Shown: positions 31,572-42,191, numbered from the stretch's first letter. The stretch is DNA of 64,000 bases from an uncultured delta proteobacterium (GCA_963712115.1 CAVQGX010000022.1:1-64000); one strand, 5' to 3'. Program-made: numbers and translations. Notes: generated by a model from the letters alone, not told the origin.

Positions 31572-32060
31572 TCAATGTGGATACCAGAACTTGACCAGTC
31601 CCTTCTTCCCGTCCACACTAAACAGGCAGATTACCCCGTATTTACCTTTTTCATCAAAGGTGAAATTGGCTGCGAGGATTCCACTATAGTTTTGCAGGCT
31701 CTCCACCTGTTCCTTACCCGTGGGGCTGATCAGCTTAATTTTGCCAACGGCATTACCTATTTGCTTCTGGGAAGAAACATCAACGAGCTTAACCATAATG
31801 TGGTGGGTTTTGCCCTGTGGGTCCTTCATGTTCATACTTGCCAAGGTCATAACCTGAAATTCGGCCTGCACTCCCTCCACTACCTCTTGGTGGGTGAAAG
31901 TGGCACCGGTTTGACCATGTTCCGTGGAACCTGACTTAGACCCAGACGTATCGCCGTGGCTCTGATGGTCTGTAGCAGCCAGGGCAAAGGGCCTTGGGCT
32001 CAATGCAAGCAAGAGCGCGAGTACAGTCAAAAAGCTTCTCAGTTTCATATCCTGCTCCAT
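31572..32060 (-). CDS. exported His/Met-containing protein, last gene of the efflux operon (putative metallochaperone)
   Basis: Signal peptide; DHQSHG, MNMKD, HHIMV; directly after cusA. Confidence 0.65.
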   Translation of the reverse strand: MEQDMKLRSFLTVLALLLALSPRPFALAATDHQSHGDTSGSKSGSTEHGQTGATFTHQEVVEGVQAEFQVMTLASMNMKDPQGKTHHIMVKLVDVSSQKQIGNAVGKIKLISPTGKEQVESLQNYSGILAANFTFDEKGKYGVICLFSVDGKKGLVKFWYPH

Positions 32061-32084
32061 CTTTTCTATAATTTAGATTTCTGG

Positions 32085-35000
32085 TTATTCTTCTAAATTC
32101 CAACCCCTCCACAATCCGTATATCGCCGGCACCACTATAAGAGTAAGAATAGTGGCACTAACCATACCGCCAACCATGGGAGCTGCAATACGTTTCATAA
32201 CTTCAGAACCGGTGCCGTGGCTCCACATTATGGGCATGAGCCCAGCCATAATGGCGACCACGGTCATCATCTTGGGCCTCACCCTCAAGGCCGCCCCTTC
32301 CTCTATGGCCTCGTATAGATGGAGCCGGTTGAAATTTTCTCCATACTGAGCCTTGAATTTTTTATATGCCTGATCCAGGTAGATTAGCATGACAACTCCA
32401 GTCTCCGCTGCAACTCCTGCCAGGGCAATGAAGCCTACCCCAACCGCGACGCTCATGTGGTAGCCGAGAAGGTACATTAGCCACAGTCCGCCGGTTAGAG
32501 AAAAGGGCACGCTCAGCATGACGATCAAACTCTCTGTGACGTTTTTGAAATTGAAGTAAAGCAAAAGAAAGATGATCAGTAAAGTCATAGGAACCACGAC
32601 CATGAGCCGTTTCTTGGCTCGCTGCATGTACTCGTACTGGCCGGACCAGACGATGCTGTAGCCCGAGGGGAGCTTCAGCTTCTCGCTCACTGCCTGCTGC
32701 GCCATCTTTACGTAGGTCCCCACGTCAATTCCTCTGAGGTCAATATAAATCCAGGCGTTTTTACGGGCATTTTCACTCTTGATGCTTGGTGGACCTTTAA
32801 CAATTTCAATGTCAGCCAATTGGGTAATGGGGACCTGAGCACCATTAGGAGTGGGCACCAGAATGCGCCGGAGTTTCTCGGGGGAATCTCGAAATTCTGC
32901 CTTGTAGCGAAGGTTTACCGGGTACCGTTCCAAACCTTCCACCGTTGTGGTGATGTTCATGCCTCCAACGGCGGAAATAATAATGTCCTGGACGTCACCC
33001 ACGGTGAGACCATAGCGTGCCGCCTCCTCGCGATTGATGCGATAGTCGAGGAAATTACCACCGGTGACCCGCTCCGCATAGACGCTCAAAGTGTGAGGCA
33101 CTTCTCTTATGATTGCCTCCACTTGCTCCCCAAGGTTGTTAAGAACCCGGAGATCCTCTCCCATGAGCTTGATACCTACCGGCGTTTTGATCCCGGTAGA
33201 AAGCATGTCTATACGGGTTTTGATGGGCATGGTCCAAGCGTTGGTAAGCCCCGGAAATTGGATGGCGTCATTCAGCTCTTCCACCAGCTTGTCCATGGTC
33301 ATGTCCGGCCGCCATTCAGACTCCGGCTTGAGCGTAATAGTGGTCTCGATCATGGAGAGGGGTGCGGGATCGGTGGCGGTCTCGGCGCGACCGACCTTGC
33401 CGAAGACGTGGTGCACTTCAGGGAAAGAGGCGATGATCCTGTCGGTCTGCTGTAAGAGCTCCTTGGCCTTGGTGATCGAGATGCCCGGCAGCGTCGTGGG
33501 CATATAAAGCAAGTCGCCTTCATTCAGGGGAGGCATGAACTCGGAGCCGATGCCCTTCCAAGGGATATAGCTCACAGACAACGTAATCACTGCCAGGGCA
33601 ATCACCAGGACCTTGGCCTTGAGCACCAACTTGATGACCGGGTGGTAAATCCAGATGAGGAAACGGTTCACCGGGTTCTTTTCCTCAGGTCTTATCTTGC
33701 CGCGGATCAGGTAGCCCATGAGCACCGGCACGATGGTAACAGACAGAAGCGAGGCACCTAACATGGCGTAGGTCTTGGTAAAGGCCAGGGGACGAAACAG
33801 CCGGCCTTCCTGGGCTTCGAGGGTGAACACCGGCAGAAAGCTAACGGCGATAATCAGCAAGGAAAAGAAAAGGGCAGGGCCAACTTCTTTCGAGGCATCC
33901 AAAACCAGTTGCCAGTGCGGCTTGTTACCTCCCTCGTGTTCGATGTGTTTGTGTACGTTTTCAATCATGACGATTGCAGCGTCCACCATGGCACCAACAG
34001 CTATGGCAATGCCCCCCAAGCTCATGATGTTGGCGTTGATGCCCTGCCGTTCCATGATTATAAAACTGATCAGCACCCCTAAGGGCAGAGTGATGATGCC
34101 CACCAAGGCGCTGCGAAAGTGCAGGAGAAAAACAATGCACACCAGGGCAACAATGATGCTCTCTTCGATGAGAGTTCTTTTCAGGTTGTGAATAGCTCTG
34201 AGGATCAGCCCCGAACGATCATACACCGCCTTGATCGTCACCCCTTCGGGTAGTCCGGCCTTGAGCTGTTCAAGCTTGTTTTTGACGTTCTGAATTACCT
34301 GGAGAGCATTTTCTCCATAGCGCATGACAATGATACCGCCTACCACCTCGCCGTTGCCGTTGTAATCGGCAAGGCCTCTCCTGAGTTCCGGACCGACCTT
34401 AACTGTTGCCACGTCTCGCACCAAGGTGGGTGTGCCATCTTTGTCAACCCGGAGGGGAACCATCTCGAGGTCTTTCACGCCCTTGATGTAGCCCAGTCCC
34501 CTTACCATGAACTCGGTCTCCCCCATTTCCACCACCCGGCCCCCAACATCGTTGTTGCTCCGTTGGATTGCCATCCGCAGCTTCTGCAGAGGAATATTAA
34601 AGGCCAAAAGCTTGTTGGGATCTATGGTTACCTGATACTGTTTGACGAAGCCGCCAATGGAAGCGACTTCGGCGACACCAGGCACACTGGTGAGTTCATA
34701 TCGCAGAAACCAGTCCTGAATGGATCTGAGCTGAGCCAGATCGTGCCGGTCGCTCTCAAGGATATACTCATAAACCCAACCGACCCCGGTGGCGTCAGGC
34801 CCCAATGAGGGCGTGACCCCAGGGGGCAGTCTTCCTGCAACGTAATTGATGTATTCCAGCACCCGACTTCGAGCCCAGTACATGTCGGTGCCATCCTCGA
34901 AGATAATGTAGACAAAGGAAAGTCCGAAAAAAGAGTAGCCCCTTACCACCTTGGCATATGGCACAGCAAGCATGGCCGTAGTGAGCGGATAAGTGACCTG

Positions 35001-35189
35001 GTCTTCCACAACCTGAGGTGCCTGGCCTGAATATTCGGTAAAGATGATCACCTGAACGTCCGAGAGGTCGGGGATGGCATCTAGTGGTGTTTTTGTCATG
35101 GCGTAGATGCCGGCAGCGACGACAAACAAGGTCATGAGGATTACCAGAAATTTGTTCTTGATGGAGTATTCGATTATTTTTTCGATCAT
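32085..35189 (-). CDS. cusA: CusA/SilA heavy-metal efflux RND permease
   Basis: DAIPDLSDVQVI, EFMPPLNEGD, TDPAPLSMIET, WTMPIKTRIDM; 1034 aa. Confidence 0.95.
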   Translation of the reverse strand: MIEKIIEYSIKNKFLVILMTLFVVAAGIYAMTKTPLDAIPDLSDVQVIIFTEYSGQAPQVVEDQVTYPLTTAMLAVPYAKVVRGYSFFGLSFVYIIFEDGTDMYWARSRVLEYINYVAGRLPPGVTPSLGPDATGVGWVYEYILESDRHDLAQLRSIQDWFLRYELTSVPGVAEVASIGGFVKQYQVTIDPNKLLAFNIPLQKLRMAIQRSNNDVGGRVVEMGETEFMVRGLGYIKGVKDLEMVPLRVDKDGTPTLVRDVATVKVGPELRRGLADYNGNGEVVGGIIVMRYGENALQVIQNVKNKLEQLKAGLPEGVTIKAVYDRSGLILRAIHNLKRTLIEESIIVALVCIVFLLHFRSALVGIITLPLGVLISFIIMERQGINANIMSLGGIAIAVGAMVDAAIVMIENVHKHIEHEGGNKPHWQLVLDASKEVGPALFFSLLIIAVSFLPVFTLEAQEGRLFRPLAFTKTYAMLGASLLSVTIVPVLMGYLIRGKIRPEEKNPVNRFLIWIYHPVIKLVLKAKVLVIALAVITLSVSYIPWKGIGSEFMPPLNEGDLLYMPTTLPGISITKAKELLQQTDRIIASFPEVHHVFGKVGRAETATDPAPLSMIETTITLKPESEWRPDMTMDKLVEELNDAIQFPGLTNAWTMPIKTRIDMLSTGIKTPVGIKLMGEDLRVLNNLGEQVEAIIREVPHTLSVYAERVTGGNFLDYRINREEAARYGLTVGDVQDIIISAVGGMNITTTVEGLERYPVNLRYKAEFRDSPEKLRRILVPTPNGAQVPITQLADIEIVKGPPSIKSENARKNAWIYIDLRGIDVGTYVKMAQQAVSEKLKLPSGYSIVWSGQYEYMQRAKKRLMVVVPMTLLIIFLLLYFNFKNVTESLIVMLSVPFSLTGGLWLMYLLGYHMSVAVGVGFIALAGVAAETGVVMLIYLDQAYKKFKAQYGENFNRLHLYEAIEEGAALRVRPKMMTVVAIMAGLMPIMWSHGTGSEVMKRIAAPMVGGMVSATILTLIVVPAIYGLWRGWNLEE

Positions 35190-35381
35190 TTCAGGCTTTC
35201 AGACTCCAGGTCATTGATTGTTATCTCTTGGGTTCATATAAATCCCCCCGACCCCGCTTTACGAAAGGGGGGCTAATACACATAATTCGCGGAAAAGCCC
35301 GCCAGCAGAAAAAGTCCCCCTTTTCTAAAGGGGGATTTAGGGGGATTCTTGATCAGTGAAACCAACTATTAGCTTCCAATT

Positions 35382-36881
35382 CTAACGATTACTATTTGCT
35401 TTAGGACTGTCCTCCATTGTCATTCCCGACATATCCAAATCGTCCTTGTTGCTCTCCATAGTTATGCCACTCATGTCCGAGTCGTCAGATGTTGACTGCT
35501 CTTCCCCTTTGGCAATTTTCCCGGCAGCCTGCTTGTCTGGAGAACTGGTCTGTCTGACTTCCAGCATTTTTTGAATGGCCTCATGCAAGCGGCTTTCAGA
35601 ATCGAACATGAACTGAGCCGATGTTACAATCTCTTCACCTTCACTCAACCCTTCCAGTACCTGGTATTCGTTGTCACTTCCTTCCAGACCCAGTTGGACC
35701 TCTCGGGGCTCAAACCTACCCTTACCGAGAGATATAAAGACCAAGTTACGAAAGCCGCTTCTAATCAGCGACTCTTGCGGGATGACCAGGCTCTCTTGTG
35801 ATACGGTGGATTTCAGATAAACGTTGGCATACATATCAAGCTTTAGCTCATAATTTGGATTGGGAAATTCCAACCGTAGCGTTGCCGTCCTGGTCTGAGG
35901 ATTGAGGTATGGATAGATATAGAGAACTTTCCCGTGGAAACGCTTGCCGGGTGCGTAGGGCAACTCCATTTCAGCTGCCATTCCCTGGTGAATCCAGGGC
36001 AGATCGTACTCGTAAATTTCCACATCAACCCAAACAGTGGATAGATCGGCAATTTTGTACATGCGCTTGCCCGGTTTAAAGTAACTACCTTCAGTTGCCT
36101 TCCTTATGACAACCACCCCGGAGGCCGGAGAATGGATTGTTACTGTCTTGCGGGTTTTGCCGGTCCGCTCAATCTCGCGGATCTGCTCGTCGGTGTGATC
36201 CCAGTAAAGGAGACGAGTGCGGGAAGCCTGCAAGAGACGCTCGGCCCCTTCGCGGATGCTCGGGTAACCACTGCTCGAAAGATTCTCATGTTGCCGCAGG
36301 GCCAGAAGGTATTCCTCCTGGGCACTGACCAATTCCGGACTGTAAATGTCAAAAAGGGGTTGCCCCTTCCTCACCACCTCACCCTCAAACTGTACATAGA
36401 GCTTTTCAATCCAGCCTGCAAACTTCGTGTTAATCTCATAAAGCTTGGTCTCGTCAGTCCTGATGTTACCGACTGCCCGGATGTATTTGACCAGGGGTTT
36501 CTTTTGAACTAAGGCTGTACGCACGCCCATATTCTGGACGGTAACGGGATCGATGCGAATGGTTGAAGTTGCCTCTTTTTCCCCGGACTCTTCTTCGTAG
36601 ACAGGCACCAGATCCATGCCCATGGGAGATTTCCCTGGTTCGTCTCGGATGTAGGTGGGATCCATGGGCGCAACCCAATATTTTATTTTCTTGCCGGTTT
36701 TCGGGTCAATCAATCCGGCTTCGAGCCCCTCTGTTGGAGCCGTAGAGCTCTCTTGCCTTGCAACCTCGCCACCGCCCGGTTTACTACTGGTCTGTCGCTG
36801 AGACCAGAGGCTCATACCAATCCAGCCCCCGATTACGCCGGCCAGCAAAACAACAAGAGCTGTAATCACCATTCGTTTCAT
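35382..36881 (-). CDS. cusB: CusB-like RND periplasmic adaptor
   Basis: YWVAPMDP..PGKSPMGMDLVP metal-binding motif, YSPELVSAQEEY, SAQFMFDSES; Met-rich tail. Confidence 0.92.
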   Translation of the reverse strand: MKRMVITALVVLLAGVIGGWIGMSLWSQRQTSSKPGGGEVARQESSTAPTEGLEAGLIDPKTGKKIKYWVAPMDPTYIRDEPGKSPMGMDLVPVYEEESGEKEATSTIRIDPVTVQNMGVRTALVQKKPLVKYIRAVGNIRTDETKLYEINTKFAGWIEKLYVQFEGEVVRKGQPLFDIYSPELVSAQEEYLLALRQHENLSSSGYPSIREGAERLLQASRTRLLYWDHTDEQIREIERTGKTRKTVTIHSPASGVVVIRKATEGSYFKPGKRMYKIADLSTVWVDVEIYEYDLPWIHQGMAAEMELPYAPGKRFHGKVLYIYPYLNPQTRTATLRLEFPNPNYELKLDMYANVYLKSTVSQESLVIPQESLIRSGFRNLVFISLGKGRFEPREVQLGLEGSDNEYQVLEGLSEGEEIVTSAQFMFDSESRLHEAIQKMLEVRQTSSPDKQAAGKIAKGEEQSTSDDSDMSGITMESNKDDLDMSGMTMEDSPKANSNR

Positions 36882-36956
36882 ATTTGTTTTACCTCAGTGC
36901 AAATACATTCCCTTTGTTTTGTGTATAAGTTAAGCATTAAAACAAGAAAAATCCCC

Positions 36957-38292
36957 TCATGAAGACTGGTTCACCTTCTCTGAGGTATTGTCTAGGGGCC
37001 CGCCAATTACCTCTTGGAGTTCTGCCAACTTTTGGTAAATGCTGTAGAGATAACGCTTTGCTTGCAGCTCGGCGCGGAGCAACATAATATGCGCGCTAAC
37101 CATGGTGTTGAATTCCACTTTGCCCACTTCGTAAGCTGCGAGAGAGGAGCGAGCCCATTGTTCAGCCTGAACCAAAAGTGCATCCACATAAAGTTTGTAG
37201 TTCTTCTGGGTATTGTTGATCTCGGTGGCCAAGGCGTCCACCTGGTAAGGTAAAGACTCCGCCAAGTTGCGAAAGGATTTTATCGCAGCTTCATGGCTTT
37301 TCTTGGAGGCAGCAAGCTTTTTGTTCTGACGACTCTTGGCCCAGAGGGGAACGTTGATCGTCACCGTACCAGAAAAGAAATCCGGCCGATCGCGCCCGGT
37401 GGGATCATCGTCACGTTGACCGTAGGCCACCTCTAAAGTCCATGTCCGGCCAGTACTCTTTCTTGGCAAGTTTGATCTCCACCTCGGACTGAGCCACCTT
37501 TGCCTGTCGCAGCTGCAGCCAGGGATTCCTGGCCAGGCTCTTTTCTTTCATCTCCTTTAAGGACTGGAAGTCAAATTCCACCTCTGGATAGCTGAGATCC
37601 ATAAGAGGATCGACGGACATAAATTGTTCGCGATTGAGCAGTTCGTTGATTTGATCTCGCAAGGTTCGACGTCGCTTCTCCAAAACGATTTTTTCGTCAA
37701 GGAGTTTGCTCAGTTCTACTTGTGCCTGGAGGACGTCCTGCTGAAGGCCTTCACCAGAGGCATATCTGGTCTCGGCTACTTTGAGGAGTTGAGTCACCAT
37801 ATCGGTCAACTGTTCATTGATCTCATGATTGGTGACGACGAATCCCAGTTCATAATAGGCAATGGCAATTTTGCGAGCCAATTCCAACTTTTTGGCCTCG
37901 AGCATAGCCTGCTGTTCGCTTGCCATGAGAGCCTGTCGCTGAGACTTAAGGCTCAGTTTGCCGAACCAGGGGAACTTCTGAGCCAGGAAAACCGTTTTTT
38001 GGGTCATGGGCTCTTCGTCGAACTCCCAGCTGTCGGTGGGCAGGTTCAGAACACCGAAGCCAAGACGAGGGTCTTCCAGTGAACCGGCGAAAGAAACCTC
38101 TTCCTTAGAGCTCTGGACCTTGGCCTCCAGGCTTTGAATTTCTTTGTTCTGGGCAAGCCCCTCTTCGATCAATTCAACTAGAGGCTGTGGCGCGTTGATG
38201 GGCGCTTGAGCCATAAGGGGTCTGCCAACGACCAGGCCCAGCGCAAATAATGCTGCAGTCAAGATCAGTCGTTTCTTAAAAAGATATTTCAT
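36957..38292 (-). CDS. TolC-family outer membrane factor (CusC-like); frameshift near 37430
   Basis: Two overlapping ORFs (37411-38340 and 36957-37469) join into one OEP protein: QKFPWFGK, YWPD-, INVPLW. Confidence 0.88.
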
Positions 38293-38319
38293 TTTTGCTC
38301 CTCCCAGATGACAGAATAG

Positions 38320-38335
38320 GCAATTCAGGTGCCAA
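38320..38335 (-). promoter_or_regulatory. sigma54 (-24/-12) promoter of the cusCBA operon
   Basis: Minus strand TTGGCACCTGAATTGC matches TGGCAC-N5-TTGC, 28 nt before the ATG. Confidence 0.75.
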
Positions 38336-38413
38336 AACATAATCTCTAATATAAATAATTAATTTAACTAAAAATATAGCGACTAAAACTCATTAACCAC
38401 TTCCCGTAGTTTT

Positions 38414-38480
38414 GAATTGATAGCACAATATGGATACTTTATATCCACATTTATCAATTCTGATGAGTAAAAAGTATCCA
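38414..38480. promoter_or_regulatory. putative enhancer (UAS) sites for a sigma54 activator
   Basis: GAATTGATA...TGGATACTTTATATCCA...TATCAATTC palindrome and a second site TGAGTAAAAAGTATCCA. Confidence 0.55.
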
Positions 38481-38876
38481 GTAGGGATCGATCAACATTC
38501 GAGAATCGCGCCCTTGACAAATTGCTAATGGACTAGCGCGGCCGGACCTAAATCTAGTCTTGGCTTAGCGAAAGAGGCTGAGAATTGAATATAGCGGATC
38601 AGTTCCAACCTTAGCGAAGAGTAAGGCACCATTCTTGAATAGTTCAAGGAACTAAATTCGAAGAGAGATAGCGAGCACCTCAGGATGAACGCCAAATATA
38701 AGATTTGAAGGTCCGAAAGTAGATCTATTTTTCTGATAAGTTAGAGTTGATAGGTATTTTGACATTTAATCATTATATTATATCCAAGTCCATAATGAGT
38801 TAAAGGTTTAAAAACGAATTTTTTTGGTGGGTCGTCTCCTCTGAAAAATTGAGGAGAGATTCATAGGAGTGAATTC

Positions 38877-40685
38877 ATGATTCGGATAAAGAGCTTGCAG
38901 CAACGCTTGATGCTCTTTCTCTTCCTTCCTGTGGCAGCCCTCCTGATAGGCATGGGAATGATAGGATTTGTCTATGCCAGAAACAGCCTGCTAACCCAGT
39001 GGAGAGAAGCTGCCGTTCTAAAATTACAGCGGGCAGCCCACGATGTTGACATGCGGCTGAGCCGCCCACTGAGATGGCTGGAGATGTACAACGATACGGG
39101 AGGCGAGCATTTCGACGAGCACACTCAGGAATGGATTTTAGAACAGTTGCGGCAGCTGGAAGGAGTCGTGAAAGTCGAACTTGACAGAGTTGATGAAGAG
39201 CGCGACGAAGCCATGCTCCATATGCACTTACAACATCATGGAGCCCAGGGGTCTATGATGCGCGGCATGATGCACTTTCACCGGGCCAGAATAGCAGAGA
39301 TAACCCCTCCTCGCTACGACTCTCTTCTTCAGCATGAAACTGTGTCGATCATTTCCGAGCTCAACGATACAAATGGCGCGAAATTAGGGCAGCTCGAGGT
39401 GGTGATCCGCTTTGATTATCTGCTGGAAAATCTGGGAGCCACAGGTTGGTGGCAGAGTCGGCGGGCATTTCTGGTGGACAATGATGGAAAAGTGCTCGTC
39501 TGCACCGATCCCGACCGTAGACAACTGGGTGAGAATAACGACCCACTGGAGTTGGCAACTTTAAAGGCGATCAAGGAACAGACATCAGGGACGATACTTG
39601 GCCAGGGACACCCACCCAAAGAGGTAAGCGGTTTCTACCAACTTGAAGAAGCTCCATGGAGTGTGGTTATGGTCGCCCCCGGAAGGGAGATTCTTGCGCC
39701 TATCGTTAAGTTCCGCAACTATTACATTGTGGGAGGGTCCTTGTTTGTTCTCTCGATCCTGTTGTTGATCCGCTTGGTTACGGGACGGACGGTTTCTTCC
39801 ATAAAAGACGTCTCCAGCGCGGCTGAGAGCATAGCACAGGGCGACTATAGTGCTTTTCTTCCGGTGAAAAGCGAAGACGAAGTGGGCCAACTAATGGAGA
39901 ACTTCAATACCATGGCCTCACAACTCCAGGAGAGAATGAGACTCAAACAAGAGATGAATCTGGCCATGGAAGTGCAGCAGAGTTTGCTTCCCCAGAGACC
40001 TCCTCAAATTGTAGGTTTTGATATAGCCGGCAAAAGTATTTACTGTGAGGAAACCGGCGGAGATTACTACGATTTTATAGAGTTTCCCGAGCTGGGTCAG
40101 GGCCACATGGGAGTGGCAGTGGGTGATGTGGCAGGCCACGGGATAGCTCCGGCTTTGCTGATGACCACGGTCAGAGCCTTCCTGCGAAGTAGGGTTCTTA
40201 CGCAGCCGGAGGATCTGGCAGATGCAATAACAGACGTCAATCGCCTCCTTTGCGCCGACACCGCTGAAACAGGCAATTTTATGACTCTCTTTTTTATGTT
40301 GATCGATTCGGGTAATGGTAAAGTTCGTTGGGTGAGAGCGGGACATGAACCTGCCATGATTTATGATCCGTCTACCGACTCTTTTGATGAATTGCACGGG
40401 AGAGGCATTGCTTTGGGGGTGGACGAGACCTGGTCTTTCGAAGAGCAGATAAGAGAACTTTGGTTCGATTCTCAGATAGTTCTTATTGGCACTGACGGTA
40501 TCTGGGAGACTGAAAATCCCCAGGGGGAAAGCTTCGGCAAAAGGCGACTAAAGGAGATTATTCGGCAACACAAAAATAAATCCAGTGAAGAAATAGTCCA
40601 GGCCATAACGGACGCCTTGGCTGATCACCGGGAGACTGCACCCCAGCAGGATGACGTAACCATGGTAGTAATAAAGAAGGTTTGA
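38877..40685 (+). CDS. membrane sensor HAMP-SpoIIE/PP2C phosphatase with a His/Met-rich periplasmic insert
   Basis: Two TM helices, Cache-like domain, HAMP (EDEVGQLMENFN), GGDYYD, GDVAGHG, TDGIWE, DDVT. Confidence 0.9.
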   Translation: MIRIKSLQQRLMLFLFLPVAALLIGMGMIGFVYARNSLLTQWREAAVLKLQRAAHDVDMRLSRPLRWLEMYNDTGGEHFDEHTQEWILEQLRQLEGVVKVELDRVDEERDEAMLHMHLQHHGAQGSMMRGMMHFHRARIAEITPPRYDSLLQHETVSIISELNDTNGAKLGQLEVVIRFDYLLENLGATGWWQSRRAFLVDNDGKVLVCTDPDRRQLGENNDPLELATLKAIKEQTSGTILGQGHPPKEVSGFYQLEEAPWSVVMVAPGREILAPIVKFRNYYIVGGSLFVLSILLLIRLVTGRTVSSIKDVSSAAESIAQGDYSAFLPVKSEDEVGQLMENFNTMASQLQERMRLKQEMNLAMEVQQSLLPQRPPQIVGFDIAGKSIYCEETGGDYYDFIEFPELGQGHMGVAVGDVAGHGIAPALLMTTVRAFLRSRVLTQPEDLADAITDVNRLLCADTAETGNFMTLFFMLIDSGNGKVRWVRAGHEPAMIYDPSTDSFDELHGRGIALGVDETWSFEEQIRELWFDSQIVLIGTDGIWETENPQGESFGKRRLKEIIRQHKNKSSEEIVQAITDALADHRETAPQQDDVTMVVIKKV

Positions 40686-40717
40686 TTGTAGCGGCAGCAA
40701 TTCATGAAACATCCGGG

Positions 40718-40969
40718 CTAGTGACAAGGCGGACCGGCTCGACCGAAAACCTTCACATTGGCTTTGACCAACCGAGCGAGAAAGCGGCCGAATGGGCCCT
40801 TTGGTTTGAGGTATCTTTCGGGATTTTTTTGAAAAGCCCTTACACAGCATGGCGCACAGAAGTAGTAAGATAGACCCTTATACGTGCTAACCATTGCGTC
40901 CGGGTCTCCCCGGGTTATCTCCATCCCGCATACCGGGTCCACAAGTTTTTTCTGTCTATAAGCTCCCAT
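40718..40969 (-). CDS. YHS/TRASH domain protein
   Basis: DPVCGMEI...YYFCAPCC..F..NPERY; C-terminal PPCH. Confidence 0.85.
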   Translation of the reverse strand: MGAYRQKKLVDPVCGMEITRGDPDAMVSTYKGLSYYFCAPCCVRAFQKNPERYLKPKGPFGRFLARLVKANVKVFGRAGPPCH

Positions 40970-40987
40970 TGGTCTATCCTTAGTAGT

Positions 40988-41362
40988 CTATTTTATTAGA
41001 TTACTCCAGCACTCCAACACTCCATTACTCCAACCAAATATGAAACTGTGGGAGCGGCTTGAAGCCGCGATTCCGACAGCCTTTATGCCGGGGTACCGCA
41101 ACCGCGGATCATTCCAGCCTTCTATACCTCCTCTTTTTTCAGTGTAACCGATGACAAAGCCGAAAACACAAATTGTCAGAGCAAAAGCTAAGCCGACGAC
41201 AAGATGCTTAGAATAGATGCTCATGGAAAACTCCTTACCAATTACCCCAGCGGTCGCCACCGTAGCCGAATACTGGAGCCGCCAAAAAAGGTCGCCATCA
41301 ATAAGATTCCTACGATCGTAGCCACTCTCTTCATTTTGTCTAACCTCCACTTTTTGTTTCAT
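40988..41362 (-). CDS. hypothetical membrane protein (frame uncertain)
   Basis: 124-aa ORF with one hydrophobic stretch; 3' end runs into TGGAGT repeats. Confidence 0.3.
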   Translation of the reverse strand: MKQKVEVRQNEESGYDRRNLIDGDLFWRLQYSATVATAGVIGKEFSMSIYSKHLVVGLAFALTICVFGFVIGYTEKRGGIEGWNDPRLRYPGIKAVGIAASSRSHSFIFGWSNGVLECWSNLIK

Positions 41363-41370
41363 TTGCTAGT

Positions 41371-41592
41371 TAGTGCCCATCCGGAAATAGAATACTCTCC
41401 TCCCCCTTGACGGGGGAGGATGAAGGTGGGGGTGATCCCCCTCCCCCCGCCCGCCTCGCCTGAGTCAGCCTCAGGCGGACGATGGCGGGCAGGCTTTATC
41501 CCCTCCCGCCAGGGGAGGGGAAGAGGAGTGGTCTGAACCTGGTACATAGGTTACCCATGTCCGTGGTTGCACGAGTTTCCGGATGGACACTA
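41371..41592. mobile_element. MITE family D carrying family-A-type hairpins and a nested mini-element
   Basis: Terminal inverted repeats TAGTGCCCATCCGGAAA / TTTCCGGATGGACACTA. Confidence 0.75.
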
Positions 41593-42080
41593 GTTATCTA
41601 TTTACCTTCTCTAATGGCAACGACTGTGCCAAAAGAGATCTTATGTGTTAAGTATTTAATTTAACAGGTTTTATATGATTTAATATCGGTGAGGTATAAG
41701 TGGAGAAGAAGGGCAAGTGGATACTTTCTGATTAGCCAAGCCATCCGAGCGGCAGCATGGATTATTCACTATATTGTGAAAACAATCCCATGACAAAACC
41801 AGGATTGTGCTTGATTTTTTGCCCTGATAGGAGTAACAATTCTCATAATGATAATTAGCTAAATTATCACATTGTAGCTCATCCCTCCTCGCTATTGCGA
41901 GAACTGAAGCACGGCAGGTACGATTCAAGGGCGGTTAACAGACGTCTGCCAGAATCAAAAAAATTGTAATTACTGCATGTTGCTGATAATCGCAAATCTC
42001 AAGGGCCTTATAAGACATCCACTCGACCTGGTGAGCCGGCTCGATGCTGCCCCCACATTTCTTAATTACTTGATTGATAA

Positions 42081-42191
42081 TTGCATTCTGTCAGGGTGAG
42101 GAAGGTGACTTCTCCCCTGAGGCTGAATTAATGCAAGAGTGCTTTGAGCCGTGTTTTACCTAGCTCAGGTACTTGGTTGGAAAGGAGGTGA
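42081..42191 (+). promoter_or_regulatory. structured 5' leader of the porin gene
   Basis: Two long hairpins (one with a GUGA tetraloop) followed by AAAGGAGGTGA. Confidence 0.45.

Noticed and set aside
41836-42090. Possible Fur boxes (TCATAATGATAATTAG; TGATTGATAATTGCATT) upstream of the porin
   Set aside because: Only partial matches in AT-rich DNA; not distinguishable from background without a matrix scan.
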